From Brevundimonas sp. (GTDB lineage Bacteria; Pseudomonadota; Alphaproteobacteria; Caulobacterales; Caulobacteraceae), in NCBI RefSeq assembly GCF_046293315.1, contig NZ_JBKBPF010000003.1, positions 61,252 to 125,251 of the forward strand: a stretch of DNA of 64,000 nt, in the 5' to 3' direction. The notes beneath the pieces are model-generated. The model saw nothing but the letters and a program-made list of their open reading frames with translations. It did no database searches and was not told where the DNA came from. How positions within the stretch are numbered: the stretch's first letter is position 1; each line of letters begins with the position of its first letter. A program made the position numbers and the translations under genes. Below, one piece after another: positions 36,224 through 46,399 of this stretch.

Positions 36224-36253
36224 CCCGCCCCGTCGCAAGACGGGGCGGGTTTT
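36224..36253 (+). terminator. Intra-operon intrinsic terminator or attenuator hairpin after the binding-protein gene
   Basis: Perfect 11-bp stem CCCGCCCCGTC / GACGGGGCGGG with a GCAA loop, followed by TTTT. It starts 31 nt after stop 36193. Confidence 0.6.
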
Positions 36254-36327
36254 CGCCTTTCCGGCTCAGCCCGCTGCGCCTGCTGGCCCTGCTCGCGGCG
36301 CTCACGGCGATCCTGCCGCTGATCGGG

Positions 36328-37824
36328 GTGGTGATGGCCGCCCTGTCAGGGGAAACGGCCGATATCGCCGCCCGCGACCTGACGCGGTACGCCCTGACCT
36401 CGGCGGCTCTGGCGGTGATGGTGGCGGTGCTGACGGGCGTGACAGGCTCCATCGCCGCTTGGCTGGTGGTGATGCACCGGTTTCCCGGCCGCAACCTGTT
36501 CGCCTGGGCCCTGGCCCTGCCGCTGGCGGCGCCGGCCTTCGCGGTGGCTTACGCCTATGCGGATCTGTTCGACGTGGCCGGCCCGCTGCGCATGTGGATG
36601 CGGCCGACGCTGGGTTTCGACATGCCGCTCGAGATGCGCACCCTTTACGGCGCGGCCTTCATCCTCAGCTGCGCCTTCTACCCGTACGTCTATCTGGCCA
36701 TGCGCGCGGCCTTCGTGAACCAGTCGGTGCATGCGCTGGAGGCCGCCCGAACCCTCGGCTGCACCCCGCGTCAGGCGTTCCTGCGCGCCGCCCTGCCGCT
36801 GGCTCGTCCGGCGCTGGCGGCCGGCGTCGCCCTGGCGGTGATGGAGACCCTGGCCGACTACGGCGCGGTGCAGTTTCTGGCGGTCCAGACCCTGACCACC
36901 GGCGTGGTGCGAGCCTGGTCGGTCTATGGCTCCACAGCCAGCGCGGCCCAGTTCGCCCTGCCGCTGCTGGGGGCCGCAGCGCTGTTGATGTGGCTGGAGC
37001 GCTGGGGCCGGCGCGGACGCGGGTTCGAGAGCCCCAGCGCCCGCTGGCGACCGTTGCCAACCACGACCCTGAGCGGCGTCAAGGCATGGGTCGCCACCCT
37101 GTTCTGTCTGGCGCTTCTGACCTTCGGCCTGCTGCTGCCCGCCAGCTGGCTGGCGTGGTCGTCGCTGGATGTCACGCCCGAGTGGCCCCGTATCGGGCGG
37201 GCGGCCTTGCACACCCTGACCATGGGCGCCGCCGGGGCCGTGGTCACCGTCGGCCTCGCCACCGCCCTCGCGCTCGGCGCCCGCAGCATGCCCCTCGCCG
37301 CGAGGATCGCCAGCCTCGGCTACGCCACGCCGGGCGCAGTCATGGCCATCGGCCTTCTGGTCCCGGCCGCTTTCGTCTGGCAGACCTTCCCCGGCGCGGC
37401 CTCGGGCTTCGGCATGGGGCTGGCGCTGTTGATCTACGCCTATGCCGCGCGGCTGATGGCGGCGGCGCTGGAGCCCATCGACGCGGGCCTGTCGCGGGTG
37501 ACGCCCAACATGATCTGGGCCGCGCGCAATCTGGGGCGCACCGAGGGCGGCGCCGCCCGTGCGGTGCAACTGCCCGTCGCCTGGGGCTCGCTGCTGACCG
37601 CGGCGCTCGTGGTGTTCATCGACGTCCTGAAAGAGCTGCCCGCGACCCTGATCCTGCGGCCGTTCAATTTCGACACCCTGGCGGTGCTGGCGAGCAACTA
37701 CGCCCTAGACGAGCGCCTGCCCCAGGCGGGCTGGCCATCCCTGATCATCGTTCTCATGGCCCTGCCGGCGGTGGTATGGCTGACGCGAAAGGTCGCCGCT
37801 TCGCGCCCCGGCGCCCCTGCCTGA
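36328..37824 (+). CDS. Fe(3+) ABC transporter permease (FbpB/FutB-like, two-module); true start probably upstream of 36328
   Basis: 498 aa from the first canonical start, GTG 36328. The frame is open from 36112, and codons 36259..36327 encode FRLSPLRLLALLAALTAILPLIG, an apparent first transmembrane helix. No ATG, GTG or TTG is available there. Confidence 0.8.
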   Translation: MVMAALSGETADIAARDLTRYALTSAALAVMVAVLTGVTGSIAAWLVVMHRFPGRNLFAWALALPLAAPAFAVAYAYADLFDVAGPLRMWMRPTLGFDMPLEMRTLYGAAFILSCAFYPYVYLAMRAAFVNQSVHALEAARTLGCTPRQAFLRAALPLARPALAAGVALAVMETLADYGAVQFLAVQTLTTGVVRAWSVYGSTASAAQFALPLLGAAALLMWLERWGRRGRGFESPSARWRPLPTTTLSGVKAWVATLFCLALLTFGLLLPASWLAWSSLDVTPEWPRIGRAALHTLTMGAAGAVVTVGLATALALGARSMPLAARIASLGYATPGAVMAIGLLVPAAFVWQTFPGAASGFGMGLALLIYAYAARLMAAALEPIDAGLSRVTPNMIWAARNLGRTEGGAARAVQLPVAWGSLLTAALVVFIDVLKELPATLILRPFNFDTLAVLASNYALDERLPQAGWPSLIIVLMALPAVVWLTRKVAASRPGAPA

Positions 37825-37837
37825 TCGGATCCGCCCC

Positions 37838-38886
<1,049 letters not shown>

Positions 38887-38890
<4 letters not shown>

Positions 38891-39816
38891 AGCCTGAGCA
38901 GGTTGAGCAGCGACGTGGACTGAAGCTGGCTGATCACCTGGGCCGAGGCCTGGATCGAAATCTGCGACATCTGCAGGTCGGTGACGGCCTGGGCCATGTT
39001 GGCGTCGGTCCGACCCCCGATCAGTTCCTGCAGCGCCAGTTGCTGATTGTCGTGAGACGTCAGCAGCGAGTCCACCCGCGCCTGCATCGAGCCGGAGCGC
39101 GCCGCCACATCCGTGATGTTGCTGTGGGCGTCCCGGAACCGGCCCAGCTGGGTGGTCAGGAAATCGCGCGTGTCGTCGTTCAGCAGGCCGTCGATCGGCC
39201 CGTTGGGGCCCGTGTGGTACTCCTGAATATCGCGAAAGATCTGGAACAGTTCGCTCCCCACGTCGTCGGCCAGAAAGCCGGTCTGAAGGGTTGCGTTCTC
39301 GTCCAGCCTGGACACCGTCGCCAACCGGTCGTTGACGAACACCGAGGCCACGCTCGGCGCCGCCGCCAGATCCGCCAGGGTGGAAACCGTCACCGGCGGC
39401 GTCTCGGTGTCGCCGCCCGCGAATAGCTGGCGGCCCTGGTGCTTGGCGTTGAGCCCTTCCTGGGCGATCTGGAAGTAGGACTGAAGCTCCTGCATCAGCC
39501 CGTCCACGCGTCCGGCCGCCAGCCCCTCCGCGATCGCCTGGCGCGCGCCGCTCGCCCCCTCGGCGATGCGGTCGAACGCCAGGGCCTGGGTCGTCATGCG
39601 GCCCGCCACCGCCTTGCCGGTTTCGATGAAGCCCTGGATGCGGCTCTGCGCGGACTTCAGGGCGGTGAGGGTCTCCGCGCCTCGGCCATAGCCGGCAAAA
39701 TCGTCCGCCACCTTCTCGGTGGAGATGCGCTTCTGGGCCTCCAGCCCACGCGACTGGGCCGACATCAGGTTGAGCAGGGCGCTCTGGTAGTTGCCCATTG
39801 TCGAGACACGGTTCAT
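38887..39816 (-). CDS. flgL: Flagellar hook-associated protein 3
   Basis: 309 aa. It has a flagellin-like N-terminus (MNRVSTMGNYQSALLNLMSAQ) and C-terminus (...QLQSTSLLNLLRL). The ATG overlaps the flgK stop (ATGA). Confidence 0.8.
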
Positions 39817-41930
39817 CGCAGCATTCCAATCAGGGTGTCGTACATGTCGCTGGCCGCCTGGATCATTCGCGCCGACGCGTTAAAGGCCTGTTGATAGGTG
39901 GTCAGCAGGACCAGTTCCTCGTCCATGTTCACGCCCTCCTCGGACATCTGGCGCGATCTGGCTTCCTGGTGCAGCGTCGTCGCGGCGTCCCGGCGATCCT
40001 TGGCGATGGACGCCCGCGCCCCGATGTCGCCCGCCATTTCAGAGGCGTAACGGGAGATCGATATGGCCCCGCCCTGGGCGCCGCCCGCCGCCTGAAAGGC
40101 CGCCGCCCGCTGTCCCGCGTCGGCCAGCAGCAGGGCGCCGCGACCGTCGCCCGACGAGAGAGCCTGGGTTCCCGGTGCAGCGTTGAGGTCCAGTTGGGCA
40201 AGGGCAAGGCGCGATGGGTTCGCATCGATGTCGGCCCGGATCGAGAAGCCGTCGGCCCGCGACGACCTGACTCCGCCGCCGATGCCGAAGAGCTCCGTCA
40301 GGGACACGCCCGACGGGACCTGGGTTGTCCGGTCCTCCAGAACCGACAACTGGGGAGCAGGCATTCTGCTTGGGGTGAAGGTCAGGGCGCCCGACCCGTC
40401 CAGGGCGAAGGTTCCATAGTAGCCCAGCCCGGTGCTGGGGTCATTCATGGTGGCCAGCAGGTCGTCCACGGCGCCCCCCGGCGGAATGGTCACCTCGATG
40501 TCGCGCAAGCGCGCGCCCGTGTCGCCCGTGAAGCGGAACTTGATGGTCTCGCCCGGCGTGAAGCCATGGGCCGACAGTCCGGTCAGGCCGGTCTCGTACA
40601 GCGCCATGCGGTCGGTGGAGACCAGGTCGTTCAGGCCGAAGAAGTGCGAGAAGCCGCGCCCGGTCTTGCTGGTCGGATCGTCCGGGTCGTCCGCGATGAC
40701 GACGCCGTTCGCCCCGCCCGTGCTCAGACTCAACACGCCGTTGGCGAAGGTGGCCGTCGCCTGGCCGCCCAGCTCTGCGTTCAGCACCGCCAAGAAGGTG
40801 GCCGGGGTAGCGGCCGTGCCGTTGACGGTCATGGCCCCACCCGAGAAGACGATCTCCACCTGGGCCTGCACCACACCCTGCGGATTGACCACGGCGATAT
40901 TGGTAGTCCCGGTGAAGCCGGCGATGGCGTTCTCGAACGACTGTCCCACATTGCGTCCGGTCAGGGTGGACGAGGCCGGCACCGCGCTGTTGGCGTTGTG
41001 GGCGCGGTTCAGTTCGTCGGCGACGCGGGTGACCAGCTCGGCCAGCCGCTCGGCCGCGGCCGGCGCCTCCACATTGCGCAGTTCCAGCAGGCCCTTGATC
41101 TCGCCCGAGGTGATGCTTTCCGCCAGAGCCCGTTTGGTGCCGCGCGGCTCGGTGACCCAGACGTCGGAGAAGGCGCTCTCGGAATTGACCGTGCCTGCGC
41201 GCTGGTACTCCAGGGTGGCGTGACCATCGCCGGCCAGCATGACCCCCGCGTTGGTGCGTACCGTCACACCGCCCTGAGTGCGCGCCGAAACCCGCACGTC
41301 CATGATCTGGGACAGTTCGCCGATCAGCCGGGCCTGGGCGCTTTCGGCCCCGGAGGCGTCGGAGCCGGTCACGGTGGCGCGCGAGATCTCGATGTTGAGG
41401 GCCTCGATCTGCTCCAGCAGCATGTTGGCGCCATCCACCGCACTCTTCAGCCGACCGTCTGCGTCCTCCCGCACGGCCTGAATCTGCGTCTGGATCCGGG
41501 CCGCTTCGTCGAACAGGGTCTGGGCGCGGAAAAGGGCCTCCTGCCGGCGCGGCGATGAGACGGGGTCCTCCGCCGCCACGGCGAAGGCCGAGAACATCGT
41601 CTCGACCTGGCTGAAGAAGTCGGTCCCGCCGCTGGGATTGCCGAACAGGGACTGGATGCGGTCGTAGAGTTCATAGCGCACGCCCTGGCGCGCCGCTTCG
41701 GCCCCGGCGTTGAAGCTGGCGGCCTGCAGGAAGCGGTCTGTTGCCAGGCGCACCCGCGTCAGCTCGACGCCCGCCCCCACACCCTGGGTGGTCATCGCCT
41801 GCTGCTCGCCGATCTTGCGCACGTAACCGGGCGTGTTGACGTTGGCGACGTTGTCCGAAATCACCCGCAACTGCCCCTGGGCGGTCATCATGCCCGAGGT
41901 TGCGGTGTTCATGATCATGTTCAGGGACAT
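39813..41930 (-). CDS. flgK: Flagellar hook-associated protein 1
   Basis: 705 aa. The N-terminus is MSLNMIMNTATSGMMTAQGQLRVISDNVANVNTPGYVRK and the C-terminus is ...LLTTYQQAFNASARMIQAASDMYDTLIGMLR. Confidence 0.9.
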   Translation of the reverse strand: MSLNMIMNTATSGMMTAQGQLRVISDNVANVNTPGYVRKIGEQQAMTTQGVGAGVELTRVRLATDRFLQAASFNAGAEAARQGVRYELYDRIQSLFGNPSGGTDFFSQVETMFSAFAVAAEDPVSSPRRQEALFRAQTLFDEAARIQTQIQAVREDADGRLKSAVDGANMLLEQIEALNIEISRATVTGSDASGAESAQARLIGELSQIMDVRVSARTQGGVTVRTNAGVMLAGDGHATLEYQRAGTVNSESAFSDVWVTEPRGTKRALAESITSGEIKGLLELRNVEAPAAAERLAELVTRVADELNRAHNANSAVPASSTLTGRNVGQSFENAIAGFTGTTNIAVVNPQGVVQAQVEIVFSGGAMTVNGTAATPATFLAVLNAELGGQATATFANGVLSLSTGGANGVVIADDPDDPTSKTGRGFSHFFGLNDLVSTDRMALYETGLTGLSAHGFTPGETIKFRFTGDTGARLRDIEVTIPPGGAVDDLLATMNDPSTGLGYYGTFALDGSGALTFTPSRMPAPQLSVLEDRTTQVPSGVSLTELFGIGGGVRSSRADGFSIRADIDANPSRLALAQLDLNAAPGTQALSSGDGRGALLLADAGQRAAAFQAAGGAQGGAISISRYASEMAGDIGARASIAKDRRDAATTLHQEARSRQMSEEGVNMDEELVLLTTYQQAFNASARMIQAASDMYDTLIGMLR

Positions 41931-41983
41931 GTGCGTACGCCTTCCGGCTGACGACCCGGCAAAGCCTGCTGGCGCCGTGGCGA

Positions 41984-41994
41984 TTTTTGCCCGG
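41984..41994 (-). repeat. Inverted copy of the CCGGGCAAAAA element (candidate enhancer/ftr-like half site)
   Basis: TTTTTGCCCGG is the exact reverse complement of 42112..42122. Confidence 0.35.
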
Positions 41995-42016
41995 CGAGTC
42001 CGCAGATCGATTTGCT

Positions 42017-42029
42017 CAAGTCATTGATA
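42017..42029 (-). promoter_or_regulatory. IHF consensus match (TATCAATGACTTG on the minus strand)
   Basis: Fits WATCAA-N4-TTR at every specified position. It lies in an AT-rich patch. Confidence 0.35.
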
Positions 42030-42075
42030 TTCATGATGGTCTCTGTGTGCGGCCGTAAGTCCGCGTCCCCCACGG

Positions 42076-42091
42076 CGCAAATGGCGGGCCA
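42076..42091 (-). promoter_or_regulatory. Sigma54 (-24/-12) promoter candidate for flgK-flgL
   Basis: The minus strand reads TGGCCC-GCCAT-TTGCG. The GG and GC dinucleotides have the spacing of TGGCAC-N5-TTGCW. The site is ~145 nt upstream of the flgK ATG. Confidence 0.55.
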
Positions 42092-42111
42092 AACGGGCGC
42101 GCGACGTGACG

Positions 42112-42145
42112 CCGGGCAAAAACCGGCCGCCAGCGCGGCAAAAAA
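42112..42145 (+). repeat. Two direct GGCAAAAA elements between the divergent sigma54 promoters (candidate activator/ftr-like sites)
   Basis: CCGGGCAAAAA at 42112..42122 and GGCAAAAAA at 42137..42145. Confidence 0.35.
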
Positions 42146-42196
42146 CACCCCTTGCGCTGCGAGCCGTCCTTTGACGAGACTGAATTTATTCCACGT

Positions 42197-42209
42197 AATC
42201 AATCGGCTG
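42197..42209 (+). promoter_or_regulatory. IHF-like site upstream of the hook-operon sigma54 promoter
   Basis: AATCAA-tcgg-CTG has one mismatch to WATCAA-N4-TTR. It lies 17 bp upstream of the -24 element. Confidence 0.3.
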
Positions 42210-42225
42210 ACTGTCATCCTCTGAC

Positions 42226-42241
42226 TGGCGCGGGGGTTGCT
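42226..42241 (+). promoter_or_regulatory. Sigma54 (-24/-12) promoter for fliK-flgD-flgE
   Basis: TGGCGC-GGGGG-TTGCT matches the TGGCAC-N5-TTGCW spacing and the invariant GG/GC. The site is ~70 nt upstream of ATG 42312. Confidence 0.65.
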
Positions 42242-42311
42242 TGACCCATGATGAAGCACCGGGCGCAGCAGGCGCCGCCCCATCCCCCTGTTCGCAAGGC
42301 TCCCCCGCGCC

Positions 42312-44006
42312 ATGTCCGCGCTTGATCTTCTCACGGTCCTGTCCGCCCCCGCCTCAAATGGCGGTGGGATCGGCGCGCCTGCGGCGGCCAATGCGGACGC
42401 GGCGGAGGTCTTCGCAGGCTTTCTGGCCCTGCAAACGCCGGCCACTGCAAAGTCGGGCCCGCAGGCGGGTCTCGACCCCGGGGCCGACACGACGACGGAT
42501 GGCCCCGAGGGCGAGCCGCAGGTCTTCGGTGTGCCTTCGCCGCCCTTCGCGCCCACGCCGACAAGCACGGATGTCGCCGCAGGGCCCTTGCTTGCGATCC
42601 AGGGGCAGTTGCTGAACTCTGGCCAGACGCCCGCCGAAGCGCCTGCCGGGGACCTTCCCGCACCCGGGGACGACATGGGAGCCGAGGCCGGCGACGACGG
42701 CCACAAGTCGGCGGCTTCGCCTGTGCATGCGAATGGAGCCGCCCCCGCGGCGGCGGCGCAGACAGGCGCACCGGTTCTGGACCCGGCGACCGCCCCGTCG
42801 ACCGCCACGGCCAACGCCGCTCCTGCGCCCCCGGCAAACGGTCAGAATGCCCCGTCCTTCTCTGCTGCGGCCGCCACGCCCGCGTTGGCGTCTGCGGACC
42901 CTGACGCCGGGCTGAACGCGGCGTCGGCGACCGGGCCCTTGACCCGTCAGGGCGGAGCGCCCGCGACGTCCGCCGCTGGCCCGTCCGCCACGACGCCCGC
43001 AGGCTCCGCCTTCGGCGCCCCCCCCTCCGGGGCGCCGCCTCTCGTCCCCGCGTCCAGCCCCGCCGTGCCTGATGAGCCCGCGGGGCAACCGGCGGCGTCC
43101 GGGACGGTGATGACTGCGGAGACGACGGAAACGCCGGCTTTGCAAAAGCCCTCGTCCGGCGCCGTTGAGGCGATGCAGGCGGCGGTGCGAGGCGGCGGCG
43201 CTGTTGCTCCGGGCGAAGCGGGGCGGATGATGCAGGCCCAGCGGGATGTCCCGGACGACACCGGGCGACGCAGCGATCGCCGCGAGCCGTTCATGAACCC
43301 GCTTCTGGCCACAGCCTCGGAAACGGCAGACGCCGCGCGCCCCGCAGCCAGCGCCCAGATTCCGTCGGCGTTCTCCGCCATCCTCCAGCCGGGCGGCCTG
43401 AACATGGCTCAGGCCCAGGCTGGACAGCCGGGCCCGACCAAGATCGAGGTTGCGCCGCCCCCCGTGGACGCCGCCCTGCCGCAGGGTGAAGGCGAGGCTG
43501 CCCGCACCCTGGACACCGTCGCGTCCACGCCCCTCTCGGCCCGTGACGGCCTGCCCACGGGCCTGTCACGCGCCACCATCGAGACCACGGCCCTGATGGC
43601 TGCCCAGATCGTGCGCCGCCTGGAGGGCCGTTCCACCCGCTTCGAGATGGCGCTCACCCCCGAGGGTCTGGGCCGTGTGGACGTCAGCATGGAGATCGAC
43701 TCCGACGGCCAGTTGTCTGCCCGTCTGGCCTTCGACAATCCAGCTGCGGCCGCCGAGCTGCGCGGCCGGGTGGACGATCTTCGCCGTCAGCTGGAGGCGT
43801 CCGGCTTCCGGATGAGCGAGGACGCCCTGGAATTTACGGACCGCGAGGCCCCCCGGGACCACGGCGCTGACAATCCCTTTGACCGTCGGCCCGGCCGCGC
43901 CTTCGCCGGGGCCGGACAGCTGATCGACGACGCTCCTGCACCTCCCCCGCCGTCCCGATGGGCGGCCCTGGCTCTCACGCCCGAGGGCGTGGACATGAAA
44001 GTCTGA
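42312..44006 (+). CDS. fliK: Flagellar hook-length control protein
   Basis: 564 aa with an Ala/Pro-rich low-complexity body. The C-terminal FliK domain reads RFEMALTPEGLGRVDVSMEIDSDGQLSARLAFDNPAAAAELRGRVDDLRRQLEASGF. Confidence 0.8.
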   Translation: MSALDLLTVLSAPASNGGGIGAPAAANADAAEVFAGFLALQTPATAKSGPQAGLDPGADTTTDGPEGEPQVFGVPSPPFAPTPTSTDVAAGPLLAIQGQLLNSGQTPAEAPAGDLPAPGDDMGAEAGDDGHKSAASPVHANGAAPAAAAQTGAPVLDPATAPSTATANAAPAPPANGQNAPSFSAAAATPALASADPDAGLNAASATGPLTRQGGAPATSAAGPSATTPAGSAFGAPPSGAPPLVPASSPAVPDEPAGQPAASGTVMTAETTETPALQKPSSGAVEAMQAAVRGGGAVAPGEAGRMMQAQRDVPDDTGRRSDRREPFMNPLLATASETADAARPAASAQIPSAFSAILQPGGLNMAQAQAGQPGPTKIEVAPPPVDAALPQGEGEAARTLDTVASTPLSARDGLPTGLSRATIETTALMAAQIVRRLEGRSTRFEMALTPEGLGRVDVSMEIDSDGQLSARLAFDNPAAAAELRGRVDDLRRQLEASGFRMSEDALEFTDREAPRDHGADNPFDRRPGRAFAGAGQLIDDAPAPPPPSRWAALALTPEGVDMKV

Positions 44007-44008
44007 CC

Positions 44009-44746
44009 ATGGTTGACGCCATTTCGACCACCCAGGCCGGGAGCCGGCTGAACTCCGGCAGCCAGATGCTGGCCTCGAACTTCGAGACCTTCCTTCTTCT
44101 GCTGACAGCCCAGTTGAAGAATCAGGATCCCCTTTCGCCGGTCGACTCCAACCAGTTCACATCACAACTGACCCAGATGGCGGGGGTCGAGCAGCAACTG
44201 CTGACCAACGATCTCCTCACCGCCCTGCTGGAGCAGAGCGGCGGGGGCGGCATGGCCAACGCGGCCAACTACATCGGCCGCGAAGCCACCGCAGCCTGGG
44301 AAGCCGTCAAGTTCCAGGATGGCCAGGCCACCTGGAGCTACGAGCTCGCCTCCAACGCCGCCTCGGCGACCGTCCAGGTCCTGAACGGCAACGGCGACGT
44401 GATCTGGACCGGCCAGGCCAGCCAGACGTCCGAGGGCATTCACGACTTCACCTGGAACGGCCAGACCACCGGCGGCGGTCAGGTCCAGGAGGGCGGCGTC
44501 TACACCCTGCGCGTGACCGCCGCCTCGGCGGGCGGCTCGAGAGTGGATTCCCAGGTGCTGATCCGCGGCCGGGTCAGCGGCGTCGAGATGTACAACGGCC
44601 AGCCCTACCTGACCATCGGCCGCTCGGTCGTGCCCCTGACCCACGTCATCGCCCTGGAGGAGCAGGCCCAGGCCCAACTTCCGCCCGACGAGGACGAGGA
44701 GAGCCTGCTGGCCTCCATCGCCTCGGCCCTGAACCCTTTCAACTGA
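44009..44746 (+). CDS. flgD: Flagellar hook assembly/capping protein
   Basis: Track ORF trimmed to ATG 44009, which lies 2 nt after the fliK stop. The motif FLLLLTAQLKNQDPLSPVDSNQFTSQLTQM is present. Confidence 0.9.
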   Translation: MVDAISTTQAGSRLNSGSQMLASNFETFLLLLTAQLKNQDPLSPVDSNQFTSQLTQMAGVEQQLLTNDLLTALLEQSGGGGMANAANYIGREATAAWEAVKFQDGQATWSYELASNAASATVQVLNGNGDVIWTGQASQTSEGIHDFTWNGQTTGGGQVQEGGVYTLRVTAASAGGSRVDSQVLIRGRVSGVEMYNGQPYLTIGRSVVPLTHVIALEEQAQAQLPPDEDEESLLASIASALNPFN

Positions 44747-44780
44747 ACCCAGTCACCTCTCTCTTCGCAGGAGTCTCACC

Positions 44781-46229
44781 ATGAGCATCAATAGCGCGCT
44801 TCTCGCCGGCGTCTCGGGCCTCGCCGCCAACTCGGCCGCCCTGTCCGCCATCTCCCAGAACATCGCCAATGTGAACACCATCGGGTACAAGCGCACCCAG
44901 GGCGAGTTCCAGACCATGGTCAACAACCAGAGCCACGGCTCCGGTTATTCCGCGGGCGGAGTCATGGCCTCCACCCGGAACTTCATCAGCCAGTCCGGCC
45001 AGCTGCAGCGCACAAGTTCATCCACCGATCTGGGCATCTCGGGCGCGGGCTTCTTCGTGGTGGCCGAGCGGTCCGAAAACCTGACCCCGGCGGACACCCG
45101 GCTGTTCACCCGCGCCGGCGCCTTCCGCGTCGATGAGATGGGCTACCTCAAGAACACGGCCGGGCTCTACCTGCAGGGCTGGCCGGTGGACACCGAGGGC
45201 AACATCAACACCGATCCGTCGGACCTGAACCGCCTGCGCTCCATCAATGTGGGCACGGTCGGCGGCACGGCCGAGGCTACCACCCGGGTACAGCTGAACG
45301 CCAATCTGCGCTCCAGCCAGGTCGTGTCGGCCGAGGCCCTGGCCGTCACAACAGCAGGGCCCAACGCCTATGATCCGGCCACCAACTCCATGGCCATGTG
45401 GGATCCCGAGACGGGCACCGGCGTGCGGCCCGATTTTGAGCTGACCATCCCGGTGTCGGACTCCAAGGGCGGCCAGCGCAGCCTGGCGGTGTCCTTCCTC
45501 AAGAGCGACACGCCCAACCAGTGGTACGCCGAGATCCGCGCCATCCCCGCCGACGACGTGGAAACCGGGGCCGGCCTGACCAACGGCCAGCTGCGCTCCG
45601 GCCTCATCGCCTTCACCCAGGACGGCCGTCTGGACGTGGCGGCCATGCAGGCCCTGGGCGCCGCCGCCCTGTTCGACGACCCGGAGAACGCCAGCCTGAC
45701 CTTCGGCGCCTCGGACAGCGGGCCCCCGGCGGCGGGAGAGTTCCGCTGGGCCGACGGCCTGGGCATCCAGAACCAGACCGTCAGCTTCGATCTGAACGCC
45801 TCAGCCGGCGGCTTGACCCAGTACGACAGCGCCTCGGTGGTGCAGGCGACCCTGACCAACGGCACCGCCTTCGGCAATCTGACGGACATCCAGATCGACG
45901 ACATGGGCTTTGTCACCGCCATCTTCGACAACGGGGTGATGCGCAAGATCGCCCAGGTCGCCCTGGCCACCTTCCCCAGCCCGGACAGCCTCAGCCCGGT
46001 CAACGGCAACGCCTATCGCGTGACCCAGGGCAGCGGCACCTTCAACCTGAAGGCGCCGGGCACGGGCGGCGCCGGATTCGTCGGCGCGTCCCAGCTGGAA
46101 GCCTCGACCGTGGACCTGTCCACCGAGTTCACAGGCCTGATCACCACCCAGCGCGCCTACTCCGCCTCCTCGAAAATCATCACCACAGCGGACGAGATGC
46201 TTGAGGAGCTTCTGCGGATCAAACGCTGA
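44781..46229 (+). CDS. flgE: Flagellar hook protein
   Basis: 482 aa. The N-terminus is MSINSALLAGVSGLAANSAALSAISQNIANVNTIGYKR and the C-terminus is ...LITTQRAYSASSKIITTADEMLEELLRIKR. Confidence 0.9.
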   Translation: MSINSALLAGVSGLAANSAALSAISQNIANVNTIGYKRTQGEFQTMVNNQSHGSGYSAGGVMASTRNFISQSGQLQRTSSSTDLGISGAGFFVVAERSENLTPADTRLFTRAGAFRVDEMGYLKNTAGLYLQGWPVDTEGNINTDPSDLNRLRSINVGTVGGTAEATTRVQLNANLRSSQVVSAEALAVTTAGPNAYDPATNSMAMWDPETGTGVRPDFELTIPVSDSKGGQRSLAVSFLKSDTPNQWYAEIRAIPADDVETGAGLTNGQLRSGLIAFTQDGRLDVAAMQALGAAALFDDPENASLTFGASDSGPPAAGEFRWADGLGIQNQTVSFDLNASAGGLTQYDSASVVQATLTNGTAFGNLTDIQIDDMGFVTAIFDNGVMRKIAQVALATFPSPDSLSPVNGNAYRVTQGSGTFNLKAPGTGGAGFVGASQLEASTVDLSTEFTGLITTQRAYSASSKIITTADEMLEELLRIKR

Positions 46230-46332
46230 TACGCGGGCAAGTAATCGTTAGAGTCGATGAATCATTACCTAAGCAATACCCGTGGAATCCGTTGGGAGAG
46301 GGCGGATTTTATCTTTCCGTTCACCACGGCGC

Positions 46333-46348
46333 TTAAGCGGCCTTTTAG
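46333..46348 (+). promoter_or_regulatory. Imperfect CtrA-box-like motif upstream of the sciP-like gene
   Basis: TTAA-gcggcct-TTTAG compared with the consensus TTAA-N7-TTAAC. It ends 52 bp upstream of the ATG. Confidence 0.3.
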
Positions 46349-46399
46349 GGCGTCGGCCTATGCTCCTGACTGTGATGGTGACGTACGAGGCTCAAGCCC

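Noticed and set aside
41978-41991. TGGCGATTTTTGCC as a plus-strand sigma54 promoter
   Set aside because: The GG to GC spacing is two bases too short for a -24/-12 element. It also points away from any plus-strand gene start.
41921-42814. 297-aa minus-strand ORF covering the flgK-fliK intergenic region and the start of fliK
   Set aside because: It runs through the sigma54 promoter region and is antisense to fliK. It has a low-complexity Ala/Pro/Gly composition and no SD.
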